Shown piece by piece: positions 48,316 through 62,100 of a DNA stretch of 64,000 nt. The notes under the pieces were generated by a model. It did not search any database. It was given only the letters and a program-made list of their open reading frames with translations, and was not told where the DNA came from. The position numbers and the translations under genes are program-made. The DNA comes from Cyanophora paradoxa CCMP329 (Eukaryota > Plantae > Glaucophyta). How positions within the stretch are numbered: the stretch's first letter is position 1; each line of letters starts with the position of its first letter. The stretch covers positions 1 through 64,000 of the forward strand of contig QPMI01000150.1 of the NCBI GenBank assembly GCA_004431415.1, read 5' to 3'.

Positions 48316-51300
48316 ATGCACATGCGGAGGCCCCCCGCGGCCGCGGCGCCGCCGGCGGGCGGCAGCGCCGGCGGGGCGTCCAAGGTGGTCCTGGCGGCGC
48401 TCGGCCGCGGCCGCAAGACGGGGAGCGTGTCCCTCGCCAACGCGGGCCTCGTGGAGCTGCCGAAGGAGCTCCTCTCCATTCAGAGCTTCACGCCCGAGGG
48501 CGACAAGGCGCGCCTTTCTCTCCGCCGGCCGCCCCGCGCGCTCGCCGCGCCGCCGACGGGGCGGCCCGCCCGCCCGCCCGCCCGCCCGCCCGCGCAGTGG
48601 TGGGAGATGGTGGACGTGCGCTCGGTGGACGTGAGCCACAACGCGCTCCGCGCCCTCCCCGCCGGCATGGACGCCATCTCCCCCGAGCTCCAGGGTCCGC
48701 CCGCCCGTGCCCCCCCCCCGCCCCCGCCCGCCCGCGCGCGCGGGATCGACGCGGGGCGGGCGGGCAGTGCTGCTGGCGCCGTACAACCAGATCGGGGAGC
48801 TGCCGGGGGACCTGGGCCGCCTCGCCTCGCTGAAGAAGCTGAACCTCTCGAACAACCGCCTCGCCGCCGTCCCCGACGCCCTCTGCGAGCTCCGCGCCCT
48901 CGTCGACCTCAACCTCGCCTCCAACCAGGTGCCCCGTACCCCCCGGGGCCCTCCCCCTCCCGGCCCGGATCGAGCGCGAGGGGCCGGGGGGCAGATCCGG
49001 CGGCTGCCGGCGGGGCTGGGCGGCCTGCGCTCGTTGGAGGCGCTCGCGGTGGAGGGCAACGGGCTCGTCGAGCTCCCCGCCTCCCTCCCCCAGCTCACCC
49101 TCCTCAAGCGCCTCTCCGCCCAGGCCCGCCCGCCGCCCGCGTACCCCCGCCCGCGCCGCCCGACGGGGCGCGGGGCGGGCGGCAGGGGAACGCGCTGGGG
49201 GCGCTGCCGGCGGGCCTCGCGCGGCTCTCGCTGCTGACGGAGCTCGCGATCAGCCAGAACCAGCTCGAGGCCCTACCCCCCGACGTCTGGCTCCTCCCCC
49301 TCGTCCGCCTCGTGCGCCCCCGCACCCCCGGGCCCCCGGGCCCCCGCCCCTCCCTCTGAACGGGGTGCAGGACGTGCGGAACAACCGGCTGGCGATGCTG
49401 CCGGACGTACCCCCCGACGCCAGCCCGACGCTTTCGGAGCTGTACGTCTCCTTCAACCTGCTCCAGGCCCTGCCCCCGGTGCCCCCTTCCGTTTGCGTTC
49501 GATACCCCCATTCTCGCGCCGACGCACCCCCCTTGCGCCTGCCCCTCAGACGCTGGAGCGGCTGGAGAGCCTGAGCGTGCTGGACGCCTCCAACAACAAG
49601 CTCACCGAGATCGGCGAGGAGGCCCGCGCCCCTCCGGCCCCGCGGGGAAGCCCGCCCCGCCCCGCTGATCTTCCCCCGGGGTGCGGGGGTACAGGTCGCC
49701 CGCCTCCCCAAGCTGAAGCTGCTCGACCTGAGCAACAACTCCCTGTCGGGCCTACCCCCCCAGCTCGGCTTCCTCCGCACCCTCACCAAGGCACCTCTAC
49801 CCCCCGCCCAGATCCGAAGCCCCCGCCCCGGCTCGAACTCCCGCCCCGCAGATCGTGCTGGACGGGAATCCCCTCCGCCAGATTCGATCCGACGTCATCC
49901 AGCGGGGTACCCTCGCCATCCTGGAGTTCCTGCGTACCCGCGTCGCGGGTGCGGTCCTACCCCCCGCCCGCACCCTCCTCCCCCGCCTGAGCGCCTGCAG
50001 GGGCGCCTGGGCCGGAACAGCAGCAGCAGCAGCAGCAGGCGAAGGCGGCGGGGCGCGGGGCGGGCGGGGCCGGGGACGGGGGCCTGGCGGCGCTGCGGGA
50101 GGCGGCGGCCTCGAAGTGCCTCGACCTGCGCGGCCAGGGCCTCCAGGTCCGCCCCAGGGCAGAGGCAGCGAAGGCGGGCGCTGGGGCGCCTCTCACAGGG
50201 GCGGGCGCTGCAGGCGGTGCCGGGGCCGCTGATGGCGGCGGTGGACGAGGGGCCCCCGGCGCCCTCGCCGTCCACCGCGTCGACCTCTCCCGCAACCGCC
50301 TCCAGGCCCGCCCCGCCCGCCCCCGCCCGCCCTCCCCTCCCGCCCCCCGCCGCCCCGAGCGCCCCTCGGCAGGCGCTGGACGCGCGGCTCGCGTCGTTCC
50401 GCAACCTGCGCGAGCTCGTCGCCGCCGAGAACGAGGTACCCCGCCGCCCGGCCCCTCCCGCCCGCCAGCTCCGAACCGGGGGGGCAGCTGGGGGAGTTCT
50501 GCGGGGAGCTGGCGGCGACGCTGCCGGACTCGCTGGGGGCGCTGGACCTGCGCAAGAACCGGCTGCGCGCCCTGCCCCCCGACCTCGCCACCCTCCCCGC
50601 CCTCGACCGCCTCGGTGCCCCGCCCCGCTCCGCCCCGCCCCGCTCGAGGGCAGGGAAGAAGAAGGCGTCGAGCTCGCCCCGCAGACCTCTCGCTCAACCC
50701 GCTCGACCCCGCCGCCCTCTCCCGCCTCCTCCCGGTGCCGCCCCCCGCCCCGCCGGCCCGCCGGCCCCCTGGCTCAGACCGGCCCTCAGATCGCGCCGCT
50801 GCGGGAGCTGCGGCTCGCGGGCTGCCGCCTCGGGCGCTTCCCCGAGGCCGCCCTCCTCTGCCCCCGCCTCGAGGCCCGCCCCCCGCCCCTTCCCTCCCCC
50901 CGCGACCTCAAGCTTGGGCCTGCAGGTGCTGGACGTGGCGGGGAACGGGCTGGAGGAGGTGCCGGCGGGGCTCGCCGGCCTGCCCCGCCTCGCCACCCTC
51001 GACCTCCGCGACAACGACCTCCGCGCCCTGCCCCCCGAGCTCGGCGCCGCCCCCAGGCCCGCCCGGCCCCCGCGCCCCGCCCCAGCGCGCGCCCTCGCGC
51101 CCTCCGACGGCGCGGGGCGCGCGGGCGCAGCCTGCAGCACATGCCGCTGGAGGGGAACCCCCTCAAGACCGTCCGCCAGGTGCAGGCGCCCCGCGGCGGC
51201 GGCTCGCGCTCGTCCCGCGGGGCGGGTCCGGCGGCCCTTGCTCACGCTGGGCCGGGTCGCGCAGGCGGTGATCCAAAAGGGGACTCGGGCCGTGCTCGAG

Positions 51301-51327
51301 TACCTCCGCTCCCGCATGCCCGCCTGA
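48316..51327 (+). CDS. LRRC40: Leucine-rich repeat protein, LRRC40 orthologue
   Basis: GRKTGSVSLANAGLVELP, DK|WWEMVDVRSVDVSHN, LDGNPLRQIRSDVIQRGTLAILEFLRTR, and C-terminal KGTRAVLEYLRSRMPA*. One apparent 1-nt frameshift near 50265. Start codon uncertain. Confidence 0.85.
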
Positions 51328-51530
51328 TCATGATCAGAGGCCGCTCGAGCTCCCCGCCCCGACCCCGCCCCGACCCCGCCCCGGGGCTGCCCGCCCAACT
51401 CCCCACCGGTACTCCTTTACCAACGAATCCCACCCTAGCCCCCTTCCAGAAATTGAAATAAGCAGACGCGTGGATTGCAATTCACAATCGTGATATAAAT
51501 CGATGCACTTTTATTTAATTCAAGCTGAAC

Positions 51531-54500
51531 TCAAAGCATCGCAATAATTACGAGCGCGATGCTCACGAAAAACCCGATGAGCTCCAGACCCTGGACCCGA
51601 TTACGATTTAACGTGAGAAGCAGTTCGTTAACATGTTCCTAGTCAAGAGTCGTTAGAGTAACGCACGGGGCGGCCCGGACTTCCACTGTTCAGCAGGGGC
51701 ATCAAGGGCGGGTTGACGGTGTTGGCACCGATCGCGACTGAACTCCACCGGAACGACTGCGAAAGTGCAACACAGATTGGTTGTGAATACGTGTTAACAT
51801 TTGCATTATATATATATATAACTACTAAGTATACGTATACGTATTCCATCTGCAGCGCTAGCTGCATCTGGCATCCGCAGCACCCAACCACGCATGCGCA
51901 CCTTCTTTATAACGATTGGAGCAACATTTGGCTGCTCAATACGAGTGTCGTACTGCGTCATGCAAAGTTAGCTCCACATGTATACGTACATATATGCCGC
52001 AATTATTAATTACGCACATCCACGTCCACGACTTGCAGGAGCCCGCGGCGTCCTGATTGCGATTGGGAGCTGGAGAAAAGCGGTGACGCTGCGCATGCGG
52101 ACGAATTGAATTCAGAGTCGAGTACTAGCTATATATAGTGGGTTATCATGTCATGCATATGGGCGATAAATAAAAACACACTGAATTGGAGGATGGTGCG
52201 GTTGATGTCAGAGCCGGCGGCACTCGGGGCAGCGAGGACGACGGGGTTGGACGCCTTCTTTTTGAAGGTCTTTCTGTCATCAGTGATGTAGACCTCGACT
52301 GCCTGGCCCACGGAGAGGATGCCTTGCATGGGGATGCTCGTTGTGATGACGGCAGTCTGCACACATGAACAATCAACGGACCATAATTATCCTGGTCTAT
52401 CAGCGAAAATAAATTATAGGAGGCTGGTGGCATGGCCACGTTATCGTCAACATCAACCTCGAATGACGCACTTGAGGAACAGTCGCGTAGGCAGCCGGGA
52501 GCGTAACTGTGTAGACCACGATGTTGTCGGCATCCTGCTCGAAGATGTATTTAATATCGAAATCGGTAAAGGCGCGATATCGATCAATCCAGAACTCGCG
52601 CGCACCACTTCTCGAACAAACCTCGAGATGTTGAACTGTACAGGGACATGTTAATATTAATGTGGATGCAGCCGCATCAAAGTCCTTGCGAAATGAAAGG
52701 TTTTTGATGTGGATGCAATGAACTAACCTTCACTGTGCCCACCATCACCTCCAGATCTGAAGCGGCGCCGGCGCCATTGGCTATAAACGCCTGTCGGGTT
52801 GCACAACGCGTACGTTAGCTACTATATAGCTAAAATGGCCCTGGGCCAATCGCCGAGTCGCGAGGCTAGGCCTAGGGTGATTGCGAGGCCAGCTGCAGAC
52901 GTCGACGGACCGGAGGCGGAAGCTCGAGTGCAGCTTGCAGCTGGGGAGAAGGCGTAGGTTTGCTCCCATCCTGCTCGCAGAATTCGAATATTAATTATAA
53001 TGCGCTCCATCAGCTGCAGTATGTAAAAGACAGATTTCAAATTAAAGGCGCGAATGTAGACGCAATCACCGCGGGGGAGGGGGTAGGCGTGGGATCCGGC
53101 AGCGCTGTGGGGCTCGGCGTTGGGGCGCCGGCACTTGAGATCGGCGAAGGCGACGGCGTCGTCGACGGTGGTGGCGACGGCGACGGCGACGCGGACGGCG
53201 ACGCGGACGGCGACAGAGAAGGGGAGGGGGACGCGGTTGCCGACGGAGAAGGGGAGGGGGAGGGAGAGGGCGTGGGGCAGCCCGCTGCGCGTCGATGCAT
53301 GAATATACAGGTCTTGAAACGCTCGCGAATTCCAAGAGCGTGTGCGCGCGCGAGACGACGACGCACCGACTGATATGGAGGTGTTGAAACCCACTATCGT
53401 GCCAGCGGCGCTATTAGCAGGAAATTCGAATCCTCCGGAATCGGTCGTAAACATGACGAGGAGCTCCGCGCTGCCAGCCTCTCCCGAAAACGGGCCTCGA
53501 GGGAGGGGAGCGTAGGGAGGGCCGCTGGTGAATCCTCCCATCTGAACTTCGGGGCTTCTCAGTGCCGGGGGGTTGCCGCCTCCGACGTCGTCCCAGAGCA
53601 GCGGGTAGTTGCCGGTGTAGTTCGACGGTATCTCGGCGAGGGCCCGCGCCGGGCTCGTGCCCCGCGCGCTCGGGTTGATCGACAGGAACTGCGCGCGCAG
53701 GAACGAATTCGAAGGCGAAGGCGATTAAAATGCGTTAACGTTGAAGGATACGTAGCAATAGACGGGGTCCGACGGTCATTTATATAAAGCCATCTCATCA
53801 GCATGAATCAACGCACGTGAAGAGCGTCACCATACATCTGAATGTTTATTCCCGTGAGCGTTATGGCCAGGGAGCCGTTCGAACAGCCCGGCCCAACTTT
53901 GGCGTGCCTGGAGCACATGTACAATTGCAATGTTAAAGTTGATATCAATATCGCAGCACATATACGTAGCTATAGTATACGTAGCCACAGACGATATGCA
54001 CCAAAGGCGGAGAAGACATGGAGTGTACAGGGTTCTGGCTCCAACGTCGCCAGATGACGGCTTGAGGTCCACAATTGAGGCCGCCTCCGTGGGACTGGCA
54101 TTTCCAGGGTCAACCACGATTTCTTCAGAGACGAAGCCCGGACCTGGTTCATTATACAATTAGATGACAGTGTCAATACATTTCCGACTCGAATTACAAG
54201 GCCAAATGAAATAGGAAAGCTAGCGCTCAAAGCGCAAGCACTCACCGCCATATTTTGTTGATGGTGTGGTGTAAGAATTATCGGCTTGGCAATCGTTCAG
54301 CGTCAGGTCCGTCAAATCGGCCGCGGGAGAAGCCGGAGCTAGGCGATCGCGGGGTTGTTATTCGAATTCGAATTGCAAGGATTCGGAATTTGAAGAAATT
54401 CGATAGAGAAACTTACTGCTTGCAGGAACACTTTTGTATGTCAGACTGAATGCGAAGTTGAAATCGTAATAAAACTTGGCGATGATGAGTAGAGTGTCCG

Positions 54501-55465
54501 ACGCGCTTGTGTAAATGTTTGTTGAAGCGTACTGTCGCGACTCGAGTGAGCGACCGCGCGCGCGGGGAAAACTTAATTATAAGTCTGTTAACGTTCATGG
54601 TGTGCATGCGCGTGCTCGCAATTTATATTGCACCTTTTTGGCTGCGATCAGCGTTGGTGGAGAGGTCATGTCGACGATCTGCAGGTCCGGTGTCGTTCGC
54701 GTTGGCAGTAATCTAAATATACTAAATGCATCGGTACATGTACGTATACACACCTTAATGTACACGCCCGACCCGCACATGTTCCTGCTACACGTGGCAG
54801 AGGCGAATTCGACCTGGACACGATCGCCCGCTGTCGTCGCCGTCATCGACCTGTCGCGAGGTCCCGTTACACATATATACGTGTGAGTGCGAACCACATA
54901 CACAGGCCTCGGCGGAAGGGGGGGGGGGGGGGGGGGGGGGGGGGTCCGTTCTGACGGATCCAGACGAAACGCTAAAGGTTTAATTTACAGAATTTATTTT
55001 CTGCCCTTGTTCCGACTGTTGGAACCGCGGTTTCAGATCTAGATCGATGGACTTGTCTTTCGGACGTATGGGCACATATGCGCATATGCGCATGCATGTA
55101 TATCCGTGATGCCGCGCACGTGCATGTGATCATGATGTAAACGCTCGCAAAATTACAATTGCAAGCGCGCGCCAGCGGCCGCCAAATTCTATATATAGCT
55201 GTAGCCATATATATAGCATCCCAAGACCAATAAGTAGATATGCGCACCATGCTGCGAATGAAAACTCGGTCAAAGTGCCGGTTGCGTTCAACCAAGTTGG
55301 GGCTGACGTCGCGAGGTAGCCCCCCGGCTGGACGCCGGTGACAGTGACGGCGGCTTGCACGCCACAAGCATGCATATGAAGCAACAGTGCACAAGCTGTC
55401 CAGATCAAGCTCCGCTGCAGCTGTACATGTACATGTGCGAGCGCTTGCTCGCGATGCATGCGCAT
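51531..55465 (-). CDS. Secreted surface glycoprotein B, paralogue of 15907-19363 (CUB-like domains, Ser-Pro stalk, hydrophobic tail)
   Basis: [23 protein letters not shown]|[28 protein letters not shown] aligns with gene A, including intron position. [17 protein letters not shown]; (SP)n at ~53070-53280; ends [19 protein letters not shown]. Confidence 0.65.
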
Positions 55466-55779
55466 TCCGCTGAGACGTATATATCAGAATTCTTTGATGG
55501 CGATGATGAACTCCCGGCCGAAGTCCGCGGCTGATCCCGGAGTTCCGGCCTGCAGGATCCGCGGTGGATTTCGCGCGCAAAGTAAACGTTAACGTTAACG
55601 TTAAGGTCAGGGCCCGGCGGCCGATTGCGACTTCCGAAAGTTACCGGTACTAAAAATTACTCACGGAGTCGAGGCTTGTTTTGCAAGGCCTACCCTGAGT
55701 TAGCTATATATATATAGCTCGAGGGCGGCTGTCTCGCGACTCCAGAGTCCGGACTGCTTACTAGTACTTAGCTATAGTA

Positions 55780-55984
55780 CTGTAGGAGTAGTTAAATTGC
55801 CGTAAATTGCCGAGAGGCTGAATTCGGCAATTTAGCACCACGGCAATCGCTGGGGGGTAGGCATGCTCCTATAGCCCGCCATAGAGCAGAATTCTGGATT
55901 CGGCAATTTATCGCCACGGCAATTCCTGCCGGTTTTGGCTGAATTCGGCAATTTAACTCCACGGCAATTTAACTACGCCTACAG
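55780..55984. mobile_element. MITE, 205 bp, TA target duplication
   Basis: TA|CTGTAGGAGTAGTTAAATTGCCGT ... ACGGCAATTTAACTACGCCTACAG|TA: 24-bp TIR with one mismatch; internal CGGCAATTTA repeats. Confidence 0.88.
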
Positions 55985-56416
55985 TAGATCCCGGGTCGGG
56001 GATCCCGGTCCGACGTCGACGTCCAACGGTCGCGCCGCGGCGATATCGATCGACGCCGATTCGACGGTACCGGTCCCGGTCGACTCCCAGCGGATCGCGA
56101 GTCCCCGGGAGTCCCGCGGGCCGGATTCCCGGGAGTCCGGGACTCCTGGGTCCCAGACTCCCAGCCCGGATCCCGGAGTCCCGGAATCAGATCCCGGACG
56201 GCGCCGGACCGGACCGTCGACGTGACGACGACGTCGACGTCGACGTCGACGGTTTTCGGTCTTAATCTCAGAGTCTCAATTTTTTCGGTATATGACGGTA
56301 CCGCCACTGGCCCGCCAGCTGAGCGGCGCGTGAGCGACCGTCGCGGACATGACGTCGACAGCCGCGGACAGTGCGTCGACGTCCGACGGTCGCTCGTCAT
56401 GCAATTGCAAGCGCTA

Positions 56417-56667
56417 CCGTGTAACACTTAAATATGACGGCATCTGTGATGTCGTTTATAAAACCTGGACTCCCTTGCGTGAAATAAGACGCTCCCAAAT
56501 TATGTCGCTATGAAAATAATGAAATTCGAGGTTTGTATGGGGCGCAGTAATTTTGTATGGCGCCCAGGAATTATGGCGCTTCCAAATTATGTCGTTATAG
56601 CAAAATTTCGGCGACATAATTTGGGGATGACATAATAAAGTGCGCGTCATATATAAGTGTTATACGG
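56417..56667. mobile_element. MITE, 251 bp, TA target duplication (Tc1/mariner/pogo-like)
   Basis: TA|CCGTGTAACACTTAAATATGACG ... CGTCATATATAAGTGTTATACGG|TA, inserted into the palindromic site GCGC-TA-GCGC. Confidence 0.88.
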
Positions 56668-57222
56668 TAGCGCACTGAGGCACTGCGGCAGCTGCAAGCT
56701 TCATGATCATGATCATGATCGTGAAGGGGGCGGCGGGGCCCGGGGGCCGGGGCCCGGGGGTCGATCACCCCTTCGTCCCCCCCCCCCCCCCCCCCCCCCC
56801 CGACTCCCTGAGCGGCCAATTAAAGGGCCCTGGCCCCTGAGCCGCTGAGCGGCCACGGCCCACAGCTACAGGGCCACAGGCCCACAGCTCTACCAATGAC
56901 AGCCAGTGACAGGCACTGACAGCACTGACAGGCAGTTCCACGGTGACGTCGACCGACGGTCGACGGGCCACATGCACAGTGATGCACTGCCGCAGCCTGG
57001 CAGTGCCGCGCGCAGTGCGGCAGACTCTGAGAGACGGCCCAGTGGTACCGGCCTACTACCGGTAGTACTAGTAGGCTACTACCCGGCCCGGGCCGCGCGG
57101 CCCCGCAACTTTGGCAAGTGACGTCGAAGGCGGGTTCCGGGATTATCGATCGTATCGGATGAATCCGGGATGAATATTAATCGATATCCGTCATTTTGGA
57201 ACCGCGGATTTTTTCTTTTTTT

Positions 57223-57324
57223 TGGTGTCTAGAGACTGTGGCCGGTAATTCACCAAAAAACATTTTCTTTTTTAAAAATCATCAATTTTTTTTGTGAATT
57301 ACCGGCCACAGCCTCTAGTCATCA
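57223..57324. repeat. Short inverted-repeat element (internally deleted TIR element or foldback)
   Basis: CTAGAGACTGTGGCCGGTAATTCAC..AAAA ... TTTT GTGAATTACCGGCCACAGCCTCTAG. No clear TSD. Confidence 0.75.
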
Positions 57325-57658
57325 TCAAGCTCTTTAATTATAAGATCTCGCGTGATTTTAGAGTCCGGAATCATGTCGCATGACTCAGTGTGAAGGGACT
57401 CCGCGGCGCGAGTCCCGGACTCCCGGTCCCCGCGGGACTCCGGAGTCCGGGATGATGCCGGGCGGGACTCCGGAGTCCGGGAAGCCGCGCGCGGGGCGGC
57501 GCGGGAATTTTCGAAATTCGAGCCGAAACTTTGAAATTCACCGAGACCGTCCGACTCGGGCCCGGCCCGAGGGACTCCGGGACCAGGTGGGGGTCCCGGG
57601 TCCCGACTCCCGAGTCCCGAGTCCCGACTCCCGCCGAGTCAACGTCCCGACTCCCGAG

Positions 57659-58165
57659 TAGGGTTGCCGCTCCGCACGGAGTTCCGGGCAGACCACCCGG
57701 AACCGGAACTGACCCGGAGTTCCGCACGTTCCGCACGGAGTTCCGCATGTACTGGAGAACCCTAACAAAATGACTGAAAGGAGGCACCCCCCTGCACGTA
57801 AGAGGCCTAGGGCCCCCAAAGGACTAAGCTATATCCTATTCGTCATCGATATCCTCCTCCTCCTCGACCTCCTTCTCGTCGTCCTCCTGCACATGCACAG
57901 GTACCCCCCTGGCCGTGCATGTTTCGCAGCCTCTCACCGTCTGGAAACTCGATCGGATCGCTCCTGCTGCTCGGCGCTAATTGTAGCGCTCGGATTGCTG
58001 ACGCTCTGGCCTTCTGGGCGACTGGCGCTGCAGGGTTCGAACCCGGGTTTTTGTATGGGGGCCTCCGCTCCGTACGGAGTTCCGCCCACCCACCCGGATC
58101 CGGATCCGGAACTCCGCACTCCGTACGGAGTTTCAGTGCCCCGGAACTCCGGGCCGGCAACCCTA
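57659..58165. mobile_element. Non-autonomous hAT-type element, 507 bp
   Basis: TIR TAGGGTTGCCG ... CGGCAACCCTA; perfect 8-bp TSD CTCCCGAG (57651-57658 and 58166-58173); subterminal CGGAGTTCCG repeats. Confidence 0.9.
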
Positions 58166-59149
58166 CTCCCGAGTCGGGGACTCGGGGTCCGAGTCGGGGA
58201 GTCGAGTCTCAGTCGACATCTCACTGAGTCAGAGTCTCGACACGGACTCGGGGCTCGGGGGCCTGTCCGACCAATAGCGAACTGTGGGGCTGAGCAGTGA
58301 GCACTGCCGCTGAGAGCCTGAGAGCAGCCTCACTGTCACTGAGTCAGACTCTGTCAGAGACTCAGAGACTCAGAGTCACTGATCATGCATATGAGTCACC
58401 CACCCCAGAGAATCACCGGAAATTCTGGCCTAGGCCTATAGCTAGCCCCCGGCCCTTGGGAATCATCGTAGGGAATACTAGGGAATACTAGGGATACTGT
58501 GGAATTAGTACTAGTGTGGAATCACTGTGGAATCAGTGTGGATACGTATGTCTGGCAGCCAGTATACGTACTAGTGGCAGGATGTGGCAAGTCACTGGCA
58601 ACCTAGGCGGCTAGGCCTGGCCAGTGCGCTGTGCACGTGCATGTGGCAGGCATTTCTGAGAATCTGTGCATATATGCGCCATGCATACAAGTTCAGCCAA
58701 AAGCGCGCGAACGATTGGCGCGAAACTGAGCACGTTTGAAATGCAGTTTGGAGCAGTCTCGAGCAAGGACATTTTTGCTTTCGTGCGTATGTCTCGCCGT
58801 GCAGAAGTTGGTCTCGGAGGTCGCTGCGCCCCGCGCCGGCCCCCTCTTCAGCCCTCGACAGCGAAACTTTTACTCAGCTCAAGGCCCGCCCAGGGCCCAC
58901 CCGCTCCCCCCAACTGCTATTTGCGGGACCAAAACGCTGGGGCAATTAGACGCCAGCCGGGCGCACTTCTATCTCGGCTAACTCGCGCTCGCCGCGAAAC
59001 TCGACTTTCCCTCGTCGCGTTTGTATGGCCATACATATAGGAAAATCTCGTACCGCATCCGCACGAAACTGATCATGAGCCTCATCCCAGCATCAAGATG
59101 TATACGTAGATGCGTACTGGTACTAGCTATATAGCTAGTATTAAACGCT

Positions 59150-62100
59150 TCAGTGTCAGTGTCTCGAGGCCAGGGTGATTGCGAGGCCAGCTTGCAGATA
59201 CATGTACACGAAGTTTATGAAACTAACTGCTGACCTGGCTATAGATCTAGAGCCTGTTCCCAGTTCCGAACAGGTTCGAATTCAAGACAAAAGCCACGAC
59301 CATCGACGCAGCAGTTCCCCAAAGGCTCTGCGTTTTGCGTTTACACTTGCAATTGCGTATAACGACGCGACGTCTACAGCTGGCGGAAAATGGATATAAA
59401 GCTGGGCTCACCACGTAATCGTGAGAGGAGAAAGCAGCGCTGAGCTTCGGGCACGTTTGGTAGCTGGTCGGGAGCGTTTGAGTTAAGACACATTTGATGG
59501 AAACCTCCGTATTTAAAGTTATGACTTACGAGGAGCACATCGAGCTAGACGGCGCTGCCGCTGTGGTCGGGATCCACTGGAAAACCTGCAATCGAAATCA
59601 GAAATCTAGACCTTATGTCGATCGATATCGAGAGGGTTATCGGTGAAGCGAAATCAGTCAGCTGACGTTGCCCATGACGAAAGGTGCAAACGAAGGGACT
59701 GCAGCAACCGACGTCACCCGAATATCGTAGGGGCTGCCAGCGACGAAGACAGAGGCGGGGCTCGAGGCAAGAGCCGATCGCGAGCGAAGGAGCTTCCGAC
59801 GAGTCGGCATCGCCGGAGGCTCTGCATGCGCAAGACATGTACACTTTATAAGCCGCAACGTCAACGTTAACGTTGACGTTAATTGAAGCGCCCATGGCCA
59901 TGGATAAGCGAAGTCCGACGTGCAACAATTGTAAATTAAATTTGTTCTTCATGAAGCGCTAGCGCTAGTAATTATTATAGTTTTAGATCGATATCTAGCT
60001 TGCATATTAATAGCTCTCAACTCTTCATGATCATATATATGAGCACGATTTCGAGCTCGAGAAGTGCAGGGTTGCAAATGCATTTCGCACGGAAACGAAT
60101 CTCCGTCGAGGAAGAAATCTCTGCAAATGGGGCATCCACCCACTGCTGCGTCGCAAAATCTACGATGTAGACCTTTATCGCCTCGCCTGCCTACGAGCTC
60201 ATGATCATGATCACGATCATGCATTTTGGTGACATGAAATTTCGAATTTATAATCGATCGCGAAGCGCACTGGAAGGCCAGATCCGCGGACGCTGATGAT
60301 TTGGGAGTCACCGGGCTGCGAGAAAGTCGAATGAGACAACTTGAATTCAAATGTAATAGTGTACACGTGTACGTCTTTTTCGACTTGGGCAGACTCACAA
60401 TTGGAGTGCGGACAATAACAACACCAAGATCAATGCGAGCGGCTCCGTCCTAAATGGAATATAATGCATTGTCAAGAAATTCATGTGCGCAGACTTGAAA
60501 CATTGCCAAGACATGCATATGTCAGCCTCGAGCGCGCGAACCCCCAAAGTCGCGTGGGAGCCAGCAGAAGACAGATTGAAGAAGGTCCCAGCAAAGAGGA
60601 GCTGTACGATTACAAGGCGCGGCTGCAGGCCCGTGAACATTAGCTGAAGGCGGCGATCCGGAGTACAACATAAAATATTGTATATATATCAATGCCATTT
60701 ATATTACCAGCCCGGTAAAGTTCTTGGAGAAGCCCATTCCGGTAGATCCGGCCGCGGTATCCGGACGAGACGACGCGACGTCGACAGATGGCGAAAATGC
60801 GTTCGCCGTCGGGCTTGGAGACGAGAACAAGCCGGCCGCGGGCGATATCGATGGAGTCACAGCTGGCCATAAACTCGCCGAAGGGCTCGGGCTGGGCGGT
60901 CGCGACGGGCCTGTGCTGGGCGACGGCCGCGGGCTGGGGCTGGGGCCGGGCGACGGGCTCGGGAGCGCGCTGGGGGAGGGGCTCGAGCTGGGGGAGGGCG
61001 ACGGCGTGGCCAACGCGATGATCGACGGAGACGGCGTCGCGCTGGGAGTCGGCGTGGGCGTCGGGCAGATGGCGGAGGTTGCTGTGCAGGAATCCGTGCA
61101 GTCGCATGCGTCCGTAACTGCACACGTGTACGTATATATGTACGTATACGTGGGGGGGCGCGGATGAGACTTGGCCGCAGTGCAAAACGGTCACCCGTAC
61201 CTCCCACCGACAACTCGTACAGGTTGTTGGAGTATGTGCTAGCAGCTCCTCCAGTGTAGCCGCCAAATAGGTAGGCTTTGCGCGTGCTGCTTCGATACCC
61301 GAACGCTCCGCCTGATCACATGAGTGCGCGTGTTTTAAATGTTAGCCAAACGTCAACGCCGTCAACGTCATCTTGCAACGGCACACGGGGCGCACTGAAT
61401 GTTGTAGACGCTGTTCCTCTCACGCAGACTCGCTGCCATCCAACTCCACACTGTGTCAGGCAGTCTGGCACGCATTGGAAGCTAAGAACGATTGTGAACA
61501 TCAGGGATTGGGTTTGCTATGACTTACCAGGCTTGAAAACCCACGCATCTGTTCGGACCACCGAAGTACTGACATCCCTTCCACCATAAACAACCTGCAA
61601 GTTCTAGTTCGATTTGCCAGCTCGATCTCACGCGTAAGATCATGGGCATGTACATGTACAGTGCTATGTGCATCGGCATATGCATCGAGCGCTTGCGCGC
61701 TCGCGCTGTACGCGCACGCCGTTCAAAACGAACACTTACCCACATTTCTTTTCCGTTCACTGTCATCTTCCAGTGCCACGCAAAGAAGCGGGGAAGGGGA
61801 ACGCAGGATGTGTTGACGAAAGTCCATGCGGGATTTGTTGCAGCCAGGTCCACGTACGCGTACCCCGTTTGAGCCCCCGTGCCAAGGTTTCGGCCACCAA
61901 ACATGTACATAGTGGTACCCAGGAGGGCACAGTGCGGGTTTTCTCTGATGAGCGGCTCGCGTGCAGTGTCTGCTGGAATTACAGTGGACCACACGCCTGT
62001 AGAGAAATTGTACTTCACCAGGTCTGGTTGAATCTCAAAGCGTTGATTGCGAAATACGCAAGCCGTGGTGATACAAAGCACTATATATAATCGTAATGAA

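Noticed and set aside
50255-50275. Programmed frameshift or pseudogenisation in LRRC40
   Set aside because: One extra base in the GGGGCCCCC run restores ALAVHRVDLSRNRLQ. A homopolymer assembly error is more likely; check the reads.
57223-57324. Assigning the TAGAG inverted repeat to hAT
   Set aside because: No 8-bp target duplication flanks it, so the superfamily is left undetermined.
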